Part shown: piece by piece, positions 1 to 10,849 of the stretch
Layout of the letters: each line of letters opens with the position of its first letter
Numbering within the stretch: position 1 is the stretch's first letter
Assembly: GCA_964291675.2 (NCBI GenBank)
Contig: OZ219865.1
Location: forward strand, 448,001-512,000
Origin: Alphaproteobacteria bacterium
GTDB lineage: Bacteria > Pseudomonadota > Alphaproteobacteria > MPNO01
Reading direction: 5' to 3'
Length of the DNA stretch: 64,000 bases
Notes under the pieces: generated by a model
Seen by the model: only the letters and a program-made list of their open reading frames with translations
The model's database searches: none
What the model was told of the DNA's origin: nothing
Position numbers and translations under genes: made by a program

Positions 1-79
1 CCACAGGCGAGGACGCCCTGCGCGATTGGTGATTCGCCGCGCGCGTGGAATCCTGTGCTGCCCACAGCGTCCGCCGCCC

Positions 80-3000
80 ATGTCACACGCCGATTACGTC
101 CATCTCCGGGTCCATACCGCCTACTCGCTCTCCGAAGGGGCGATAAAGATCCCCGACCTCGTCCGGCTCTGCGTTGCCGAGGCGATGCCCGCGGTCGCGG
201 TCGCCGACACCAACAACCTGTTCGGCGCGCTCGAATTCGCCATGGCCGCGGCGGCCGAGGGGGTGCAGCCGATCGTCGGCTGCCAGCTCGCCGTAGCCCC
301 GATGGACACCGCCTCGGCGATCGAGAGCGCTTGGGCGGGGGCGCGCAACGGGCGCAAGAGAAGGCGCGATTCGCTCGTCCTGCTGGTGCAGAACGAGGCG
401 GGCTACGGCAACCTGATGCGCCTGGTCTCGCGCGCGTTCCTCGAATCCGAGGCGGGCGACCCGCATGTCTCGTTCGCCGACGTGGCGGCGCATGGCTCGG
501 GGCTGATCGCGCTGACCGCCGGCACCTCGGGCGCGCTCGGCCGGCTGCTGGCGGACGGGCAGGTGCAGAAGGCGTCGGGCGCGCTGCAACAGCTTCGGAA
601 AGCGTTCCCCGACCGGCTCTATATCGAGCTCACCCGGCACGGCGAGGAGCTGGAGCGGCGGATCGAGGACGATCTGATCGACCTCGCGATGACCCACGAC
701 CTGCCGCTGGTCGCCACCAACGAGGCGTTTTTCGCCGACGCCGCGATGTACGAGGCGCATGACGCGCTGTTGTGCATCGCCGAGGGCGCCCATGTGGTCG
801 AGCAGGACCGGCGCCGGCTGACCGCCGAGCACCGGTTTCGCAGCGCCGCCGAGATGCGCGCGCTGTTCGCCGATCTGCCCGAGGCGCTCGACAACACGCT
901 GGTGATCGCCCGGCGCTGCGCCTTCATGCCGGAGCCGCGCGAGCCGATTCTGCCGCGCTACCGGGCGGCCGCGGGAAAGACCGAAGCGGACGCGCTGACC
1001 GCCGCGGCCGAGGCCGGGCTCGAAGCCCGTCTCGAAGCCGGCGTCTACCCCGCCGGCGCGACCGCCGAACGGAAGGAGGAGGCCGCGAGACCCTATCGCG
1101 AGCGGCTCGCCTACGAGCTGGAGACCATCATCGGGATGGGGTACCCCGGCTATTTCCTGATCGTCGCCGACTTCATCCAGTGGGCGAAGAAGCAGCAAAT
1201 CCCGGTCGGGCCGGGGCGCGGCTCCGGCGCCGGGTCGGTGGTCGCCTGGGCGCTCACCATCACCGATCTCGACCCGCTGCGCTTCGGGCTCCTGTTCGAG
1301 CGATTTCTCAACCCGGACCGGGTGTCGATGCCGGATTTCGACATCGACTTCTGCCAGGACCGGCGCGACGAGGTGATCCGCTACGTCCAGGACAAGTACG
1401 GCACCGACCGGGTGGCCCAGATCATCACCTTCGGAACGTTGCAGGCGCGGGCGGCGATCCGCGACGTGGGGCGGGTCCTGGGCATGCCCTACGGCCAGGT
1501 CGACCGGATTTCCAAGCTGGTGCCGTACAACCCGGCCCATCCGCCCACCCTCGCCGAAGCGCTGGAGAAAGAGCCGCAGCTGCGCGAGATGCGCACCGGC
1601 GACGAGCAGGTGGCGCGGCTGCTCGACCTCGCGATGGCCCTCGAAGGGCTGTACCGCCACACCTCCACCCATGCCGCCGGGGTGGTGATCGGCGACCGGC
1701 CGCTCGACGAGCTGGTGCCGCTCTACCGGGATCCCCGCTCGGACCTGCCGGCGACCCAGTTCTCGATGAAATACACCGAGCTGTCCGGTCTGGTTAAGTT
1801 CGACTTCCTCGGGCTGAAGACGCTGAGCGTGCTCGACCGCGCGCTCAAGCTGATCCCCGAGGGGGTGCGGCCCGATTTGCTGGCGCTGCCCTTCGACGAC
1901 GAAAAGACCTACGCCATGCTGGGGCGCGGGGACACCGCCGGGGTGTTCCAGATGGAGAGCGCCGGCATGCGCGACGCGCTGCGCCAGATGAAGCCCGACT
2001 GCATCGAGGATCTGATCGCCCTGGTGGCGCTGTACCGCCCGGGGCCGATGGACAACATCCCGCGCTACAACAACTGCAAGCACGGGCGCGAGCTGCCCGA
2101 CTACCTGCACCCCGACCTGGAAGACATCCTGCGCGAGACCTTCGGCGTGATCATCTACCAGGAACAGGTGATGCAGATCGCGCAGAAGCTGTCCGGCTTC
2201 AGCCTCGCCAGGGCCGACCTGCTGCGCCGCGCGATGGGCAAGAAGATCCAGGCCGAGATGGACGCCCAGCGCGGCGCCTTCGTCGAGGGCGCGGTCGCGC
2301 GCGGCGTGGACGAATCGAAGGCGCGGCAGATCTTCGAGCAGGTCGACAAGTTCGCCGGCTACGGCTTCAACAAGTCGCACGCCGCAGCCTATGCGCTGAT
2401 CGCCTACCAGACCGCCTGGCTGAAGGCCAATCACCCGGTCGAGTTCTTCGCCGCCCTGATGACCCTCGACCTCGGCAACACGGACAAGCTCGGCGTCATC
2501 CGCCAGGAGCTGCAGCGCCTCGACATCCCGCTGCTGCCGCCCGACGTCAACCGCTCGGCCGCCGCGTTCTCGGTCGAGGAAGCCAGCAACGGGAGCCGGA
2601 GAAGAGCGATCCGCTACGCCCTTGCGGCGATCCGCAAGGTCGGCGGGCAGGCGATGGAGGATCTCGCGGCCGAACGCGAATCGGGCGGGCCGTTCCGCGA
2701 CGAGTTCGATTTCGCGCAAAGGCTCGGCGGGACGCTGGCCAACCGCCAGCAGCTCGAGAACCTGGTGCGGGCGGGCGCGCTCGACTGCCTGAACCCCAAC
2801 CGCCGCCAGATCTTCGAGGCGATCGACCGTCTGGTGCGGATCGGCCAGTCCGCCGCCCAGGCGCGCGACAGCAACCAGACCAGCCTGTTCGGCGAGGACG
2901 GGGACGGGCTGCCGCCGGTGGAGCAGCAGCGCCCCGAGGTCGCGGACTGGACCCCCATGGAACGCCTCGACCATGAATTCGACGCGGTCGGCTTCTACCT

Positions 3001-3571
3001 CTCCGCCCACCCGCTGGACGGCAACGAGCGCCGTCTCAGGCGGCTCGGGGTCGAGTCCCACGCCGAGATTGTCCGCCGCGCCGAATCGGGGACCTGCAAG
3101 CTCGCCGGCATCGTCGCCGCGCGGCAGGAACGCACCTCGCCCAAGGGGAACCGCTTCGCCTATGTCCGGCTGACCGATTCCTCGGGCGCCTTCGAGGTGG
3201 TTGTGTTCAACGAGCTGCTCGGCCAGTCGCGCGATCTGCTGGAGGCCAACAGCAGGGTGCTCGTCACCGCCGAATCGCGCGCGGAAGGCGACGGCACACG
3301 CCTGATCGCGCACCGTATCGAGCCGCTCGACCGGGCGATCGACGGAATGGAGACCGGGCTCCAGGTGCGGGTGGCCGATTGCGCCTGCCTGCCGACCGTC
3401 AGGTCCGAGGTCGGGCGCTGGAAGCAGGGACGCGGCCGGGTGAGCATCCTGATCGCCATCGATTCGGGGCAGGAGGTCGAGGTGTTGCTGCCCGGCGGCT
3501 ACACGGTGCCGGCCGACGGTCCGCCGGCGCTCGACGCTCTCGCCGGGGTCAGCGAAGTCAACGAGCTCTAG
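80..3571 (+). CDS. dnaE: DNA polymerase III alpha subunit
   Basis: PHP domain (HLRVHTAYSLSEG), GPGRGSGAGS, SMPDFDIDF, FNKSHAAAY, C-terminal OB fold; ATG at 80 chosen. Confidence 0.98.
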   Translation: MSHADYVHLRVHTAYSLSEGAIKIPDLVRLCVAEAMPAVAVADTNNLFGALEFAMAAAAEGVQPIVGCQLAVAPMDTASAIESAWAGARNGRKRRRDSLVLLVQNEAGYGNLMRLVSRAFLESEAGDPHVSFADVAAHGSGLIALTAGTSGALGRLLADGQVQKASGALQQLRKAFPDRLYIELTRHGEELERRIEDDLIDLAMTHDLPLVATNEAFFADAAMYEAHDALLCIAEGAHVVEQDRRRLTAEHRFRSAAEMRALFADLPEALDNTLVIARRCAFMPEPREPILPRYRAAAGKTEADALTAAAEAGLEARLEAGVYPAGATAERKEEAARPYRERLAYELETIIGMGYPGYFLIVADFIQWAKKQQIPVGPGRGSGAGSVVAWALTITDLDPLRFGLLFERFLNPDRVSMPDFDIDFCQDRRDEVIRYVQDKYGTDRVAQIITFGTLQARAAIRDVGRVLGMPYGQVDRISKLVPYNPAHPPTLAEALEKEPQLREMRTGDEQVARLLDLAMALEGLYRHTSTHAAGVVIGDRPLDELVPLYRDPRSDLPATQFSMKYTELSGLVKFDFLGLKTLSVLDRALKLIPEGVRPDLLALPFDDEKTYAMLGRGDTAGVFQMESAGMRDALRQMKPDCIEDLIALVALYRPGPMDNIPRYNNCKHGRELPDYLHPDLEDILRETFGVIIYQEQVMQIAQKLSGFSLARADLLRRAMGKKIQAEMDAQRGAFVEGAVARGVDESKARQIFEQVDKFAGYGFNKSHAAAYALIAYQTAWLKANHPVEFFAALMTLDLGNTDKLGVIRQELQRLDIPLLPPDVNRSAAAFSVEEASNGSRRRAIRYALAAIRKVGGQAMEDLAAERESGGPFRDEFDFAQRLGGTLANRQQLENLVRAGALDCLNPNRRQIFEAIDRLVRIGQSAAQARDSNQTSLFGEDGDGLPPVEQQRPEVADWTPMERLDHEFDAVGFYLSAHPLDGNERRLRRLGVESHAEIVRRAESGTCKLAGIVAARQERTSPKGNRFAYVRLTDSSGAFEVVVFNELLGQSRDLLEANSRVLVTAESRAEGDGTRLIAHRIEPLDRAIDGMETGLQVRVADCACLPTVRSEVGRWKQGRGRVSILIAIDSGQEVEVLLPGGYTVPADGPPALDALAGVSEVNEL

Positions 3572-3643
3572 CGCTCCGCCAAATACCCTGATTTCGCTTG
3601 CGAATGCGGGGCTTCGGGTTTATCACAGCCGCGCTTCAGAGAA

Positions 3644-3740
3644 CGCACGCGGGCAGCGGGAGACGCGCCGTCTTCCTTCCGGTCGGCACGGGGTTTGCGC
3701 GATCCCGGGCCGCATTGCCCGCGGAGGGACAACCGGACGA
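3644..3740 (+). promoter_or_regulatory. rpsB (S2) autoregulatory leader RNA
   Basis: Stem CGCGGGCAGCGG (3648-3659) / CCGCATTGCCCGCG (3710-3723), then GCGGAGG..AACCGG; possible CCGGT/ACCGG pseudoknot; directly upstream of rpsB. Confidence 0.6.
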
Positions 3741-3751
3741 GGACCGACATC

Positions 3752-4639
3752 ATGGCAATGCCAGACTTCACCATGCGCCAGCTGCTGGAGGCAGGGGTTC
3801 ATTTCGGCCACCATACCAAGCGCTGGAATCCCAAGATGGCGCCCTACATCTTCGGCGTCAGGAACGGCATCCACATCATCGACCTGCAGCAGACCATGCC
3901 GATGCTGTATGCGGCGCTGGCCGCGATCCGCGAAATCACCGCGGCTCGCGGGCGCATCCTGTTCGTCGGCACCAAGCGCCAGGCGAGCGAGCTGGTCGCC
4001 GATGCGGCCGGGCGCTGCGGCCAGTATTTCGTGAACCACCGCTGGCTCGGCGGAACGCTCACCAACTGGAAGACCATCACCGCCTCCATCCAGCGGCTGC
4101 GCGACCTCGACGAGACGCTGGAGACCGAGGAGAGCGGGCTCACCAAGAAGGAGCTGCTGGGCCTGACGCGCGAGCGCGAGAAGCTGCAACGCGCGCTCGG
4201 CGGCATCAAGGAGATGGGCGGGCTTCCCGACGCCCTGTTCGTGATCGACACCAACAAGGAGTCGATCGCGATCAAGGAAGCGAAGAAGCTCAACATTCCG
4301 GTCGTCGGCGTGATCGACAGCAACTCCGACCCCGACGACATCTCCTTCGCGATTCCCGGCAACGACGATGCGATACGCTCGATCGCGCTCTATTGCGACC
4401 TCGTGTCCCGGGCGGTGCTGGACGGTTTGCAGCAGGAGGCGATCGCCAGCGGAAGCGACATCGGCGAGTCCGAGGAAGCGCCGCTGGAGGATCTTCCCGA
4501 AGAGGGCGAAGCCGAGAGCGACGGGGACTCCCCCGACGCCGGTTCCGGGGACGCGGCCGATCCGGCGCCGGAACCGGCCACGGAAGCCGCGGCCCAACCC
4601 TCTCCGGAAGCGGCTGCGGACGGCGCTGCCGCGAGCTAG
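3752..4639 (+). CDS. rpsB: 30S ribosomal protein S2 with acidic C-terminal tail
   Basis: [31 protein letters not shown]. Confidence 0.98.
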   Translation: MAMPDFTMRQLLEAGVHFGHHTKRWNPKMAPYIFGVRNGIHIIDLQQTMPMLYAALAAIREITAARGRILFVGTKRQASELVADAAGRCGQYFVNHRWLGGTLTNWKTITASIQRLRDLDETLETEESGLTKKELLGLTREREKLQRALGGIKEMGGLPDALFVIDTNKESIAIKEAKKLNIPVVGVIDSNSDPDDISFAIPGNDDAIRSIALYCDLVSRAVLDGLQQEAIASGSDIGESEEAPLEDLPEEGEAESDGDSPDAGSGDAADPAPEPATEAAAQPSPEAAADGAAAS

Positions 4640-4714
4640 CCCGGCCGGCGGCAACGCCGGGTACCGATTGACGCAGGGGCCCGCCCCGGGTTCCCGACAA
4701 CCGACGAGGACACG

Positions 4715-5635
4715 ATGGCGCAGATTACGGCGAGCCTGGTCAAGGCGCTGCGAGACAAGACCGGCGCCGGCATGATGGATTGCAAGAAAGCGCTGACCGA
4801 ATCCGGCGGCGAGATCGACGCCGCGGTCGACTGGCTGCGCAAGAACGGCCTCGCCGCCGCGGCCAAGAAGGCGGGGCGGGTTGCTGCCGAGGGGCTCGTC
4901 GCGCTGGCCACCGAAGGCACCGAAGGCGCCGTGGTCGAGGTCAACGCGGAGACCGACTTCGTCGGGCGCAACGCCGAGTTCCAGACCTTCGTTCAGGAGG
5001 TGGCGAAGATCGCGCTGCGGAGCGGCGATTCCGTCGAGGCGCTGGGCGAGGCGCCGATGGGGGAGGGGACGGTGGCGTCCCGGCTCACCGACCTGATCGC
5101 CAGGATCGGCGAGAACATGTCGCTCAGGCGCGTCGAGCGGCTGTCGGTCGCAAACGGGGCGATCGGCAGCTACGTCCACAACAGCGTCGCACCGGGGCTG
5201 GGGCGCATCGCCGTGCTGGTCGGGCTCGAATCCGCCGGCGCATCCGAGCGGCTCGACGGGCTCGCGCGCCAGCTTGCCATGCATGTCGCGGCGGCGAGCC
5301 CGCAATGGACCGCGATCGACGGCATCGACCCGGCCGCGCTGGAGCGCGAGCGCGGCGTTCTGTCCGAACAGGCCCGCGCCAGCGGACGGCCGGAACACAT
5401 CGTCGAGAAGATGGTCGAAGGACGGCTCAGAAAGTTTTACGAGGACACCGTGCTGCTCGAACAGACCTTCGTCATCGACGGCGAAACGAAGGTTTCCGCA
5501 GTGGTGGGAGCGCTCGCCGGGGAGATCGGTACGCCGGTCTCGGTGGCGGGCTTCCGGCGCTTCGCCCTCGGCGAGGGGATCGAGAAGCCGGATGGGGATT
5601 TCGCCGCCGAGGTCGCAGCAACCGTCGACGGGTGA
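4715..5635 (+). CDS. tsf: Elongation factor Ts
   Basis: [25 protein letters not shown]. Confidence 0.98.
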   Translation: MAQITASLVKALRDKTGAGMMDCKKALTESGGEIDAAVDWLRKNGLAAAAKKAGRVAAEGLVALATEGTEGAVVEVNAETDFVGRNAEFQTFVQEVAKIALRSGDSVEALGEAPMGEGTVASRLTDLIARIGENMSLRRVERLSVANGAIGSYVHNSVAPGLGRIAVLVGLESAGASERLDGLARQLAMHVAAASPQWTAIDGIDPAALERERGVLSEQARASGRPEHIVEKMVEGRLRKFYEDTVLLEQTFVIDGETKVSAVVGALAGEIGTPVSVAGFRRFALGEGIEKPDGDFAAEVAATVDG

Positions 5636-5665
5636 GGGCGTGCGCCAACCGCATGAAACCGGTCC

Positions 5666-6379
5666 GTGACCTATAAGCGCATCCTGCTCAAGCTGTCCGG
5701 CGAGGCGCTCATGGGCCCCGGGCAGTACGGGCTCGATTCCGCCACCGTGGAGCGTATCGCGCAGGAGATCCGCTCGGTCGCCCGGCTCGGCGTCGAGCTT
5801 TGCGTGGTCATCGGGGGCGGCAACATATTTCGCGGCGTCTCCGGCGCCTCGCTCGGCATGGAACAGGCCACGGCCGACTATATCGGCATGCTGGCCACGG
5901 TGATGAACGCGCTCGCCCTCCAGGGCGTGCTCGAACGGCACGAGGTCCACACGCGGGTGCTGTCGGCGGTCCGCATGGAATCGGTGTGCGAACCCTATAT
6001 CCGGCGGCGGGCGATCCGCCATATGGAGAAGGGTCGGGTGGTGATCTTTGCCGCCGGCACCGGCAATCCGTTCTTCACCACCGATACCGCGGCCGCGCTC
6101 AGGGCCAGCGAGATGGGGTGCGACGCGCTGTTCAAGGGCACCCAGGTGGATGGGGTATACTCGGCCGATCCCAAGCTGCATCGCGACGCGGTGCGCTACG
6201 ACCGGCTGGCCTATCTGGAGGTTCTGTCGCGCGACCTGAAGGTGATGGATGCATCGGCGGTATCTCTGGCACGCGAAAACAAGATACCAATTCTGGTATT
6301 TTCGCTTCACACTTCGGGGGCGTTTGCCGACATCGTAGCCGGCGGGGGAACCTACACACTGATCGCCGAAGGGGGGTGA
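5666..6379 (+). CDS. pyrH: UMP kinase
   Basis: [30 protein letters not shown]. Confidence 0.98.
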   Translation: MTYKRILLKLSGEALMGPGQYGLDSATVERIAQEIRSVARLGVELCVVIGGGNIFRGVSGASLGMEQATADYIGMLATVMNALALQGVLERHEVHTRVLSAVRMESVCEPYIRRRAIRHMEKGRVVIFAAGTGNPFFTTDTAAALRASEMGCDALFKGTQVDGVYSADPKLHRDAVRYDRLAYLEVLSRDLKVMDASAVSLARENKIPILVFSLHTSGAFADIVAGGGTYTLIAEGG

Positions 6380-6383
6380 GACC

Positions 6384-6941
6384 GTGGCGGACCCTGAAAT
6401 TGCCGATATCGAGAGGCGGATGAACGGCGCCGTCGAGGCGCTGCGCCGCGAGTTCGCCGGGCTGCGCACCGGCCGCGCATCGGCGGCCCTGCTGGAGCCG
6501 CTGACGGTCGAGGCCTATGGCAACAAGATGCCGATCAACCAGGTCGGAACCATCGGCGTCCCCGATCCGCGCATGCTCACCGTCCAGGTCTGGGACCAGA
6601 GCCAGGTCGGCGCCGTCGAGCGGGCGATCCGGGATTCCGGGCTCGGGCTCAACCCCCAGACCGAGGGCAATCTCATCCGGGTGCCGATCCCGCAGCTCAC
6701 CGAGGAACGCCGGGTGGAGCTCACCAAGGTGGCCAACAAATATGCGGAACAGGCCCGGGTGGCGGTGCGCAACGTGAGGCGCGACGGCATCGAGCGGTTC
6801 CGCAAGAAGGAAAGGGAAGGCGAGATCTCGCAGGACGAACAGCGCGCCTGGTCGGCCGAAATCCAGCAACTCACCGATGCGACCGTGGCGACGATCGACG
6901 ACGCGCTGTCATCCAAGGAGACCGAGATTCTTCAGGTCTGA
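6384..6941 (+). CDS. frr: Ribosome recycling factor
   Basis: [21 protein letters not shown]. Confidence 0.98.
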   Translation: MADPEIADIERRMNGAVEALRREFAGLRTGRASAALLEPLTVEAYGNKMPINQVGTIGVPDPRMLTVQVWDQSQVGAVERAIRDSGLGLNPQTEGNLIRVPIPQLTEERRVELTKVANKYAEQARVAVRNVRRDGIERFRKKEREGEISQDEQRAWSAEIQQLTDATVATIDDALSSKETEILQV

Positions 6942-6946
6942 AGTCC

Positions 6947-7681
6947 ATGGAGCCCGTGCTTGCATATCCCGACGAGGTGGCGCCGACCCATGTTGCCGTG
7001 ATCATGGACGGCAACGGCCGCTGGGCGCAGGCGCGGGAGATGGACCGCGCGGCCGGGCATCGGCAGGGGGCGGAGGCGGCCATGCAGGCGGTCAGGAGCG
7101 CGGTCGAGCTCGGTGTCTCCTACCTCACCCTCTACGGGTTCTCGAGCGAGAACTGGAGCCGCCCGGCGCACGAGATCGACGAGCTGATGGCGCTGCTCAG
7201 GCGCTATCTCCGCGACGAGGTGGAAGAGCTCGACCGGCAGGGCGTCAGGATTCTCTTCATCGGGGATCGCAGCAGACTCGCCGGAGACATCGTCGCTCTG
7301 GCCGAGACCGCGGAGGAGCGCACGCGCGGCAACACCCGTCTGACGCTGGTGCTTGCGCTGAGCTACAGCGGGCGGCAGGAGATCGCCCGGGCCGCCCGCA
7401 GACTCGCCCGGAAGGCGGCCGCGGGGGACATGGATCCGGACGCGATAGACGAGACCGCGCTGGCCGGCGAATTGTTCACGGCGAACATTCCCGATCCCGA
7501 CCTGGTGATCCGCACCAGCGGGGAACAGAGAATCAGCAACTTCCTGCTGTGGCAGAGCGCCTATGCCGAGCTGGTGTTCGTCGACACGCTGTGGCCGGAT
7601 TTCTCGCGCGAGGACTTCGTCTCCGCAGTACGCGAATTCCACCGGCGCGAGCGTCGTTTCGGAACGACCCGTGTCGGCTAG
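6947..7681 (+). CDS. uppS: Undecaprenyl diphosphate synthase
   Basis: HVAVIMDGNGRWA, FSSENW, IRTSGEQRISNFLLWQ. Confidence 0.97.
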   Translation: MEPVLAYPDEVAPTHVAVIMDGNGRWAQAREMDRAAGHRQGAEAAMQAVRSAVELGVSYLTLYGFSSENWSRPAHEIDELMALLRRYLRDEVEELDRQGVRILFIGDRSRLAGDIVALAETAEERTRGNTRLTLVLALSYSGRQEIARAARRLARKAAAGDMDPDAIDETALAGELFTANIPDPDLVIRTSGEQRISNFLLWQSAYAELVFVDTLWPDFSREDFVSAVREFHRRERRFGTTRVG

Positions 7682-8489
7682 AGCGGAGAATCCCGAGCTT
7701 GCCAGGCGGGTCTTGTCGGCTGCGGTACTGGGGCCGGTCGTATTGGTGACGTTGTATCTGGGCTCGCCGTTTCTGGAGCTGGTGGTCACTGCGGCGGCCG
7801 TGGCGATGGCGTGGGAATGGGACCGGCTGTGCGGCGAGCGGCGCTTCGGGCTGAGCGGCTGGGCGGCGGTGCTCAGTCTCGTTGTGGCGGGCTTGGCCGC
7901 CTGGAGCCGGCGCTACGACGTGGCGGGCCTCGCGCTGGTCCTGGGAACGCTGGCCGCCTACGCGGCGGCGGCGGCGGCGCATCGCAACCACCGGGCATGG
8001 ATTTCGGCCGCTCCCATCGTCGTCGGCGTTCCCTGCGCGGCCCTGATGTGGCTCCGCGCCCTGCCGATGGACGGCTTCGAGACCGCGCTGTGGTTGATCG
8101 GCGCCGTCTGGGCGACGGATATCGCCGCGTTCGCCGTCGGCCGGCTGGTCGGCGGCACGCGGCTCGCGCCGCGGATCAGCCCGAGCAAGACATGGAGCGG
8201 GCTGATCGGCGGGGTTGCCGTGGCCGCGCTGTGGGGGCTGCTCTTCGCCGTCTGGGCGGGGGCGAAGACGCCGTGGCTGCTCTGTGTTCTCGGCGCCGGT
8301 GCGGCGCTCGTCGCTCAGGCGGGAGATTTGGGCGTATCCTTCGTGAAGCGGCGCTTCGGGGCGAAAGATTCGAGCAACCTGATCCCGGGCCATGGCGGCG
8401 TGCTCGACCGGCTCGACGGCATGCTGACGGCGGCCCCCGCGCTGGTCGCGCTGGTCCTGGTCAGCAATGCGGGAATTCTTGCATGGTAG
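7671..8489 (+). CDS. cdsA: Phosphatidate cytidylyltransferase
   Basis: Multi-TM protein; ISPSKTWSG, KDSSNLIPGHGGVLDRLD; GTG start inferred. Confidence 0.95.
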   Translation: MSARAENPELARRVLSAAVLGPVVLVTLYLGSPFLELVVTAAAVAMAWEWDRLCGERRFGLSGWAAVLSLVVAGLAAWSRRYDVAGLALVLGTLAAYAAAAAAHRNHRAWISAAPIVVGVPCAALMWLRALPMDGFETALWLIGAVWATDIAAFAVGRLVGGTRLAPRISPSKTWSGLIGGVAVAALWGLLFAVWAGAKTPWLLCVLGAGAALVAQAGDLGVSFVKRRFGAKDSSNLIPGHGGVLDRLDGMLTAAPALVALVLVSNAGILAW

Positions 8490-9661
8490 CCGCCGGCGCA
8501 CCCCGCACGGTGACGGTTCTGGGCTCCACCGGGTCGATCGGTTGCAGCACGATCGACCTGATCGAGCGCGAGCCCGAGCGCTTCGAGGTCGTGGCGGTCA
8601 CCGCCAACACCAATGCCGGGCTGCTCGCCGATCAGGCGCGCCGGGTCGGCGCCGAGTTCGCCGCCATCGCCGATCCGGCGCAATACCGCGCCCTGTCGGA
8701 CGCTCTCGGCGGTACCGGGATCGCGTGCGCGGCCGGCACCGGAGCCCTGGTCGAGGCGGCGGAGAGGCAGGCGGAGTGGGTGATGGCCGGCATCGTCGGC
8801 GCCGCCGGGCTCGCACCCACCCTGGCCGCCGTCCGGCGGGGAGCGATCGTCGCCCTGGCCAACAAGGAGTGCCTGGTCTGCGCCGGCTCGCTGTTCATCC
8901 GCGAGGTGGCGGCGAGCGGCGCGACGCTGCTTCCCGTCGACTCGGAGCACAATGCGATCTACCAGGTGTTCGCATCCGCGGCTCCCGAGACGGTCGAAAA
9001 GATTATCCTGACCGCTTCGGGCGGACCCTTCCGAACCGCGTCGATGGATCGGATCGAGAGCGCCACCCCGGAGCAGGCCGTGGCGCATCCGAACTGGGAC
9101 ATGGGCGCCAAGATCTCCGTCGACTCGGCGACCATGATGAACAAGGGGCTGGAGCTGATAGAGGCCCATCACCTGTTCGGACTGCCCGGCGAGCGGATCG
9201 AGATCGTGGTCCATCCGCAGTCGATCGTCCATTCCATGGTGGCCTACATCGACGGATCGGTGCTGGCCCAGCTCGGTACTCCCGATATGCGTATCCCGAT
9301 CTCCTACGCCCTTGCCTGGCCGCAGAGGATGAGCACGCCGAGCGAGCGGCTCGACCTTTGTGCGATCGCCCGGCTCGACTTCGAGGCGCCCGATCCGGTG
9401 CGCTTCCCGGCGCTGCGCCTGGCGCGCGAGGCGCTGAGCGCCGGGGGTGCCGCGCCGACGGTGCTCAACGCCGCGAACGAGGAGGCGGTTGGGCAGTTCC
9501 TGGCCGGGCGGATCGGCTTCCTCGAAATCGCCCGCATCGTCGAGACGGTGATGGAAGAGATGGCCGGGGTCGGCATATCGACCCTCGACGACGTGCGCGA
9601 GGCCGACCGGGCGGCGCGCCTCCACGCCCGCGCGGCGCAGACCGCACCGGCCGACGGATAG
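8483..9661 (+). CDS. dxr: 1-deoxy-D-xylulose-5-phosphate reductoisomerase
   Basis: LGSTGSIG, LANKE, PVDSEH, HPNWDMGAKISVDSATMMNKGLE. Confidence 0.98.
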   Translation: MVAAGAPRTVTVLGSTGSIGCSTIDLIEREPERFEVVAVTANTNAGLLADQARRVGAEFAAIADPAQYRALSDALGGTGIACAAGTGALVEAAERQAEWVMAGIVGAAGLAPTLAAVRRGAIVALANKECLVCAGSLFIREVAASGATLLPVDSEHNAIYQVFASAAPETVEKIILTASGGPFRTASMDRIESATPEQAVAHPNWDMGAKISVDSATMMNKGLELIEAHHLFGLPGERIEIVVHPQSIVHSMVAYIDGSVLAQLGTPDMRIPISYALAWPQRMSTPSERLDLCAIARLDFEAPDPVRFPALRLAREALSAGGAAPTVLNAANEEAVGQFLAGRIGFLEIARIVETVMEEMAGVGISTLDDVREADRAARLHARAAQTAPADG

Positions 9662-9669
9662 GAAGGCGG

Positions 9670-10839
9670 ATGGAAGTGTTGGGCGGTGCCGCGGACTCGG
9701 TCGTTTCCTTCCTGGTCTTCCTGCAGGATTACGCGATCCCCTTTCTGATAGCGATCACCGTGCTGGTGTTCGTGCACGAGATGGGGCACTACCTGGTCGC
9801 GCGCTGGTGCGGCGTACGGGTCGAGGTGTTCTCGGTCGGTTTCGGCCGCGAGATCTGGGGCCGGACGGATGCCCGGGGCACCCGCTGGAAGCTGGGCTGG
9901 ATCCCGGTCGGCGGCTACGTCAAGATGTTCGGCGAGATGCTGCCGCCGGCCGGCGACCGGGCGGCGGAGCCGGGGCCGAGCGCCGCCGACGAGCGGGTTT
10001 CGTTCCACACCAAGGCGCTGTGGCGCCGTGCCGCGATCGTGTTCGCCGGTCCGTTCGCCAATTTCCTGTTCGCCGCGGTCCTGATGGCGGGCATCTTCGC
10101 CACCGTCGGCGAGCTGTCGACCCCGGCCAACATCACCGCGGTGGCGGAAGGAAGCGCGGCGGAACGCGCCGGGATGAAGCCGGGCGACGTGATCCGGCGA
10201 ATCGACGGCACCGAGGTCGACCGTTTCGAGCAGGTCGCCCGCATCGTGCGCATGTCGGCCGGGATCCGGCTGGAGATCGAGGTCGAGCGGGAAGGGCGGC
10301 TTGTCGCGCTGGTCGCCGTGCCGGACGAGGTCCGCCACGAGGGCCTCGGCGGGTCCCAGAAGATCGGCCGCCTGGGGATTTCCCGAAGCGGCGGCGGGGT
10401 CACGGTGGTGCGCCACGACCCCGGCGAGGCGGTGCTCCGCGGCATCGCCGAGACGTTCCGCATCATCGGCGAGATCTTCCGGGCGATCGGACAGATGCTG
10501 TCGGGTGCCCGGGACGCGAGCGATCTGGGCGGGCCGCTCCGGATCGCCCAGATCTCGGGCGATGTCTGGCAGGCCGGGTTGCTCAGCATGGTGGCCTTCG
10601 TCGCCACGCTGTCGATCAATCTGGGCCTGATCAACCTGTTCCCCATCCCGTTGCTGGATGGCGGGCACCTGATGTTCTATGCCGTCGAAGCGGTAACCGG
10701 ACGGCCGCCCGGCGAGCGGGCCCGGGAATACGGCTACCGCATGGGAATCGCCATGTTGCTCGGCCTTATGGTATTCGTGACATGGAACGATCTGTTGCAG
10801 TTGCAAATCGTCGACTTCTTTGTGGGTCTGGTAACCTGA
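9670..10839 (+). CDS. rseP: RIP metalloprotease RseP
   Basis: HEMGH zinc motif, PDZ domain, NLFPIPLLDGGH. Confidence 0.97.
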   Translation: MEVLGGAADSVVSFLVFLQDYAIPFLIAITVLVFVHEMGHYLVARWCGVRVEVFSVGFGREIWGRTDARGTRWKLGWIPVGGYVKMFGEMLPPAGDRAAEPGPSAADERVSFHTKALWRRAAIVFAGPFANFLFAAVLMAGIFATVGELSTPANITAVAEGSAAERAGMKPGDVIRRIDGTEVDRFEQVARIVRMSAGIRLEIEVEREGRLVALVAVPDEVRHEGLGGSQKIGRLGISRSGGGVTVVRHDPGEAVLRGIAETFRIIGEIFRAIGQMLSGARDASDLGGPLRIAQISGDVWQAGLLSMVAFVATLSINLGLINLFPIPLLDGGHLMFYAVEAVTGRPPGERAREYGYRMGIAMLLGLMVFVTWNDLLQLQIVDFFVGLVT

Positions 10840-10849
10840 GGCAAGTACG

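Noticed and set aside
83-3313. Very long antisense or alternative-frame ORFs (e.g. 83-3313, 31011-35048, 38543-41671)
   Set aside because: Shadow ORFs expected from high GC and codon bias opposite well-recognised genes; no protein motifs.
4440-4639. Low-complexity acidic extension of RpsB
   Set aside because: Common in alphaproteobacterial S2 proteins; not a repeat element.
6266-6285. TGGCACG as a sigma54 -24 element in pyrH
   Set aside because: No TTGC at the -12 position.
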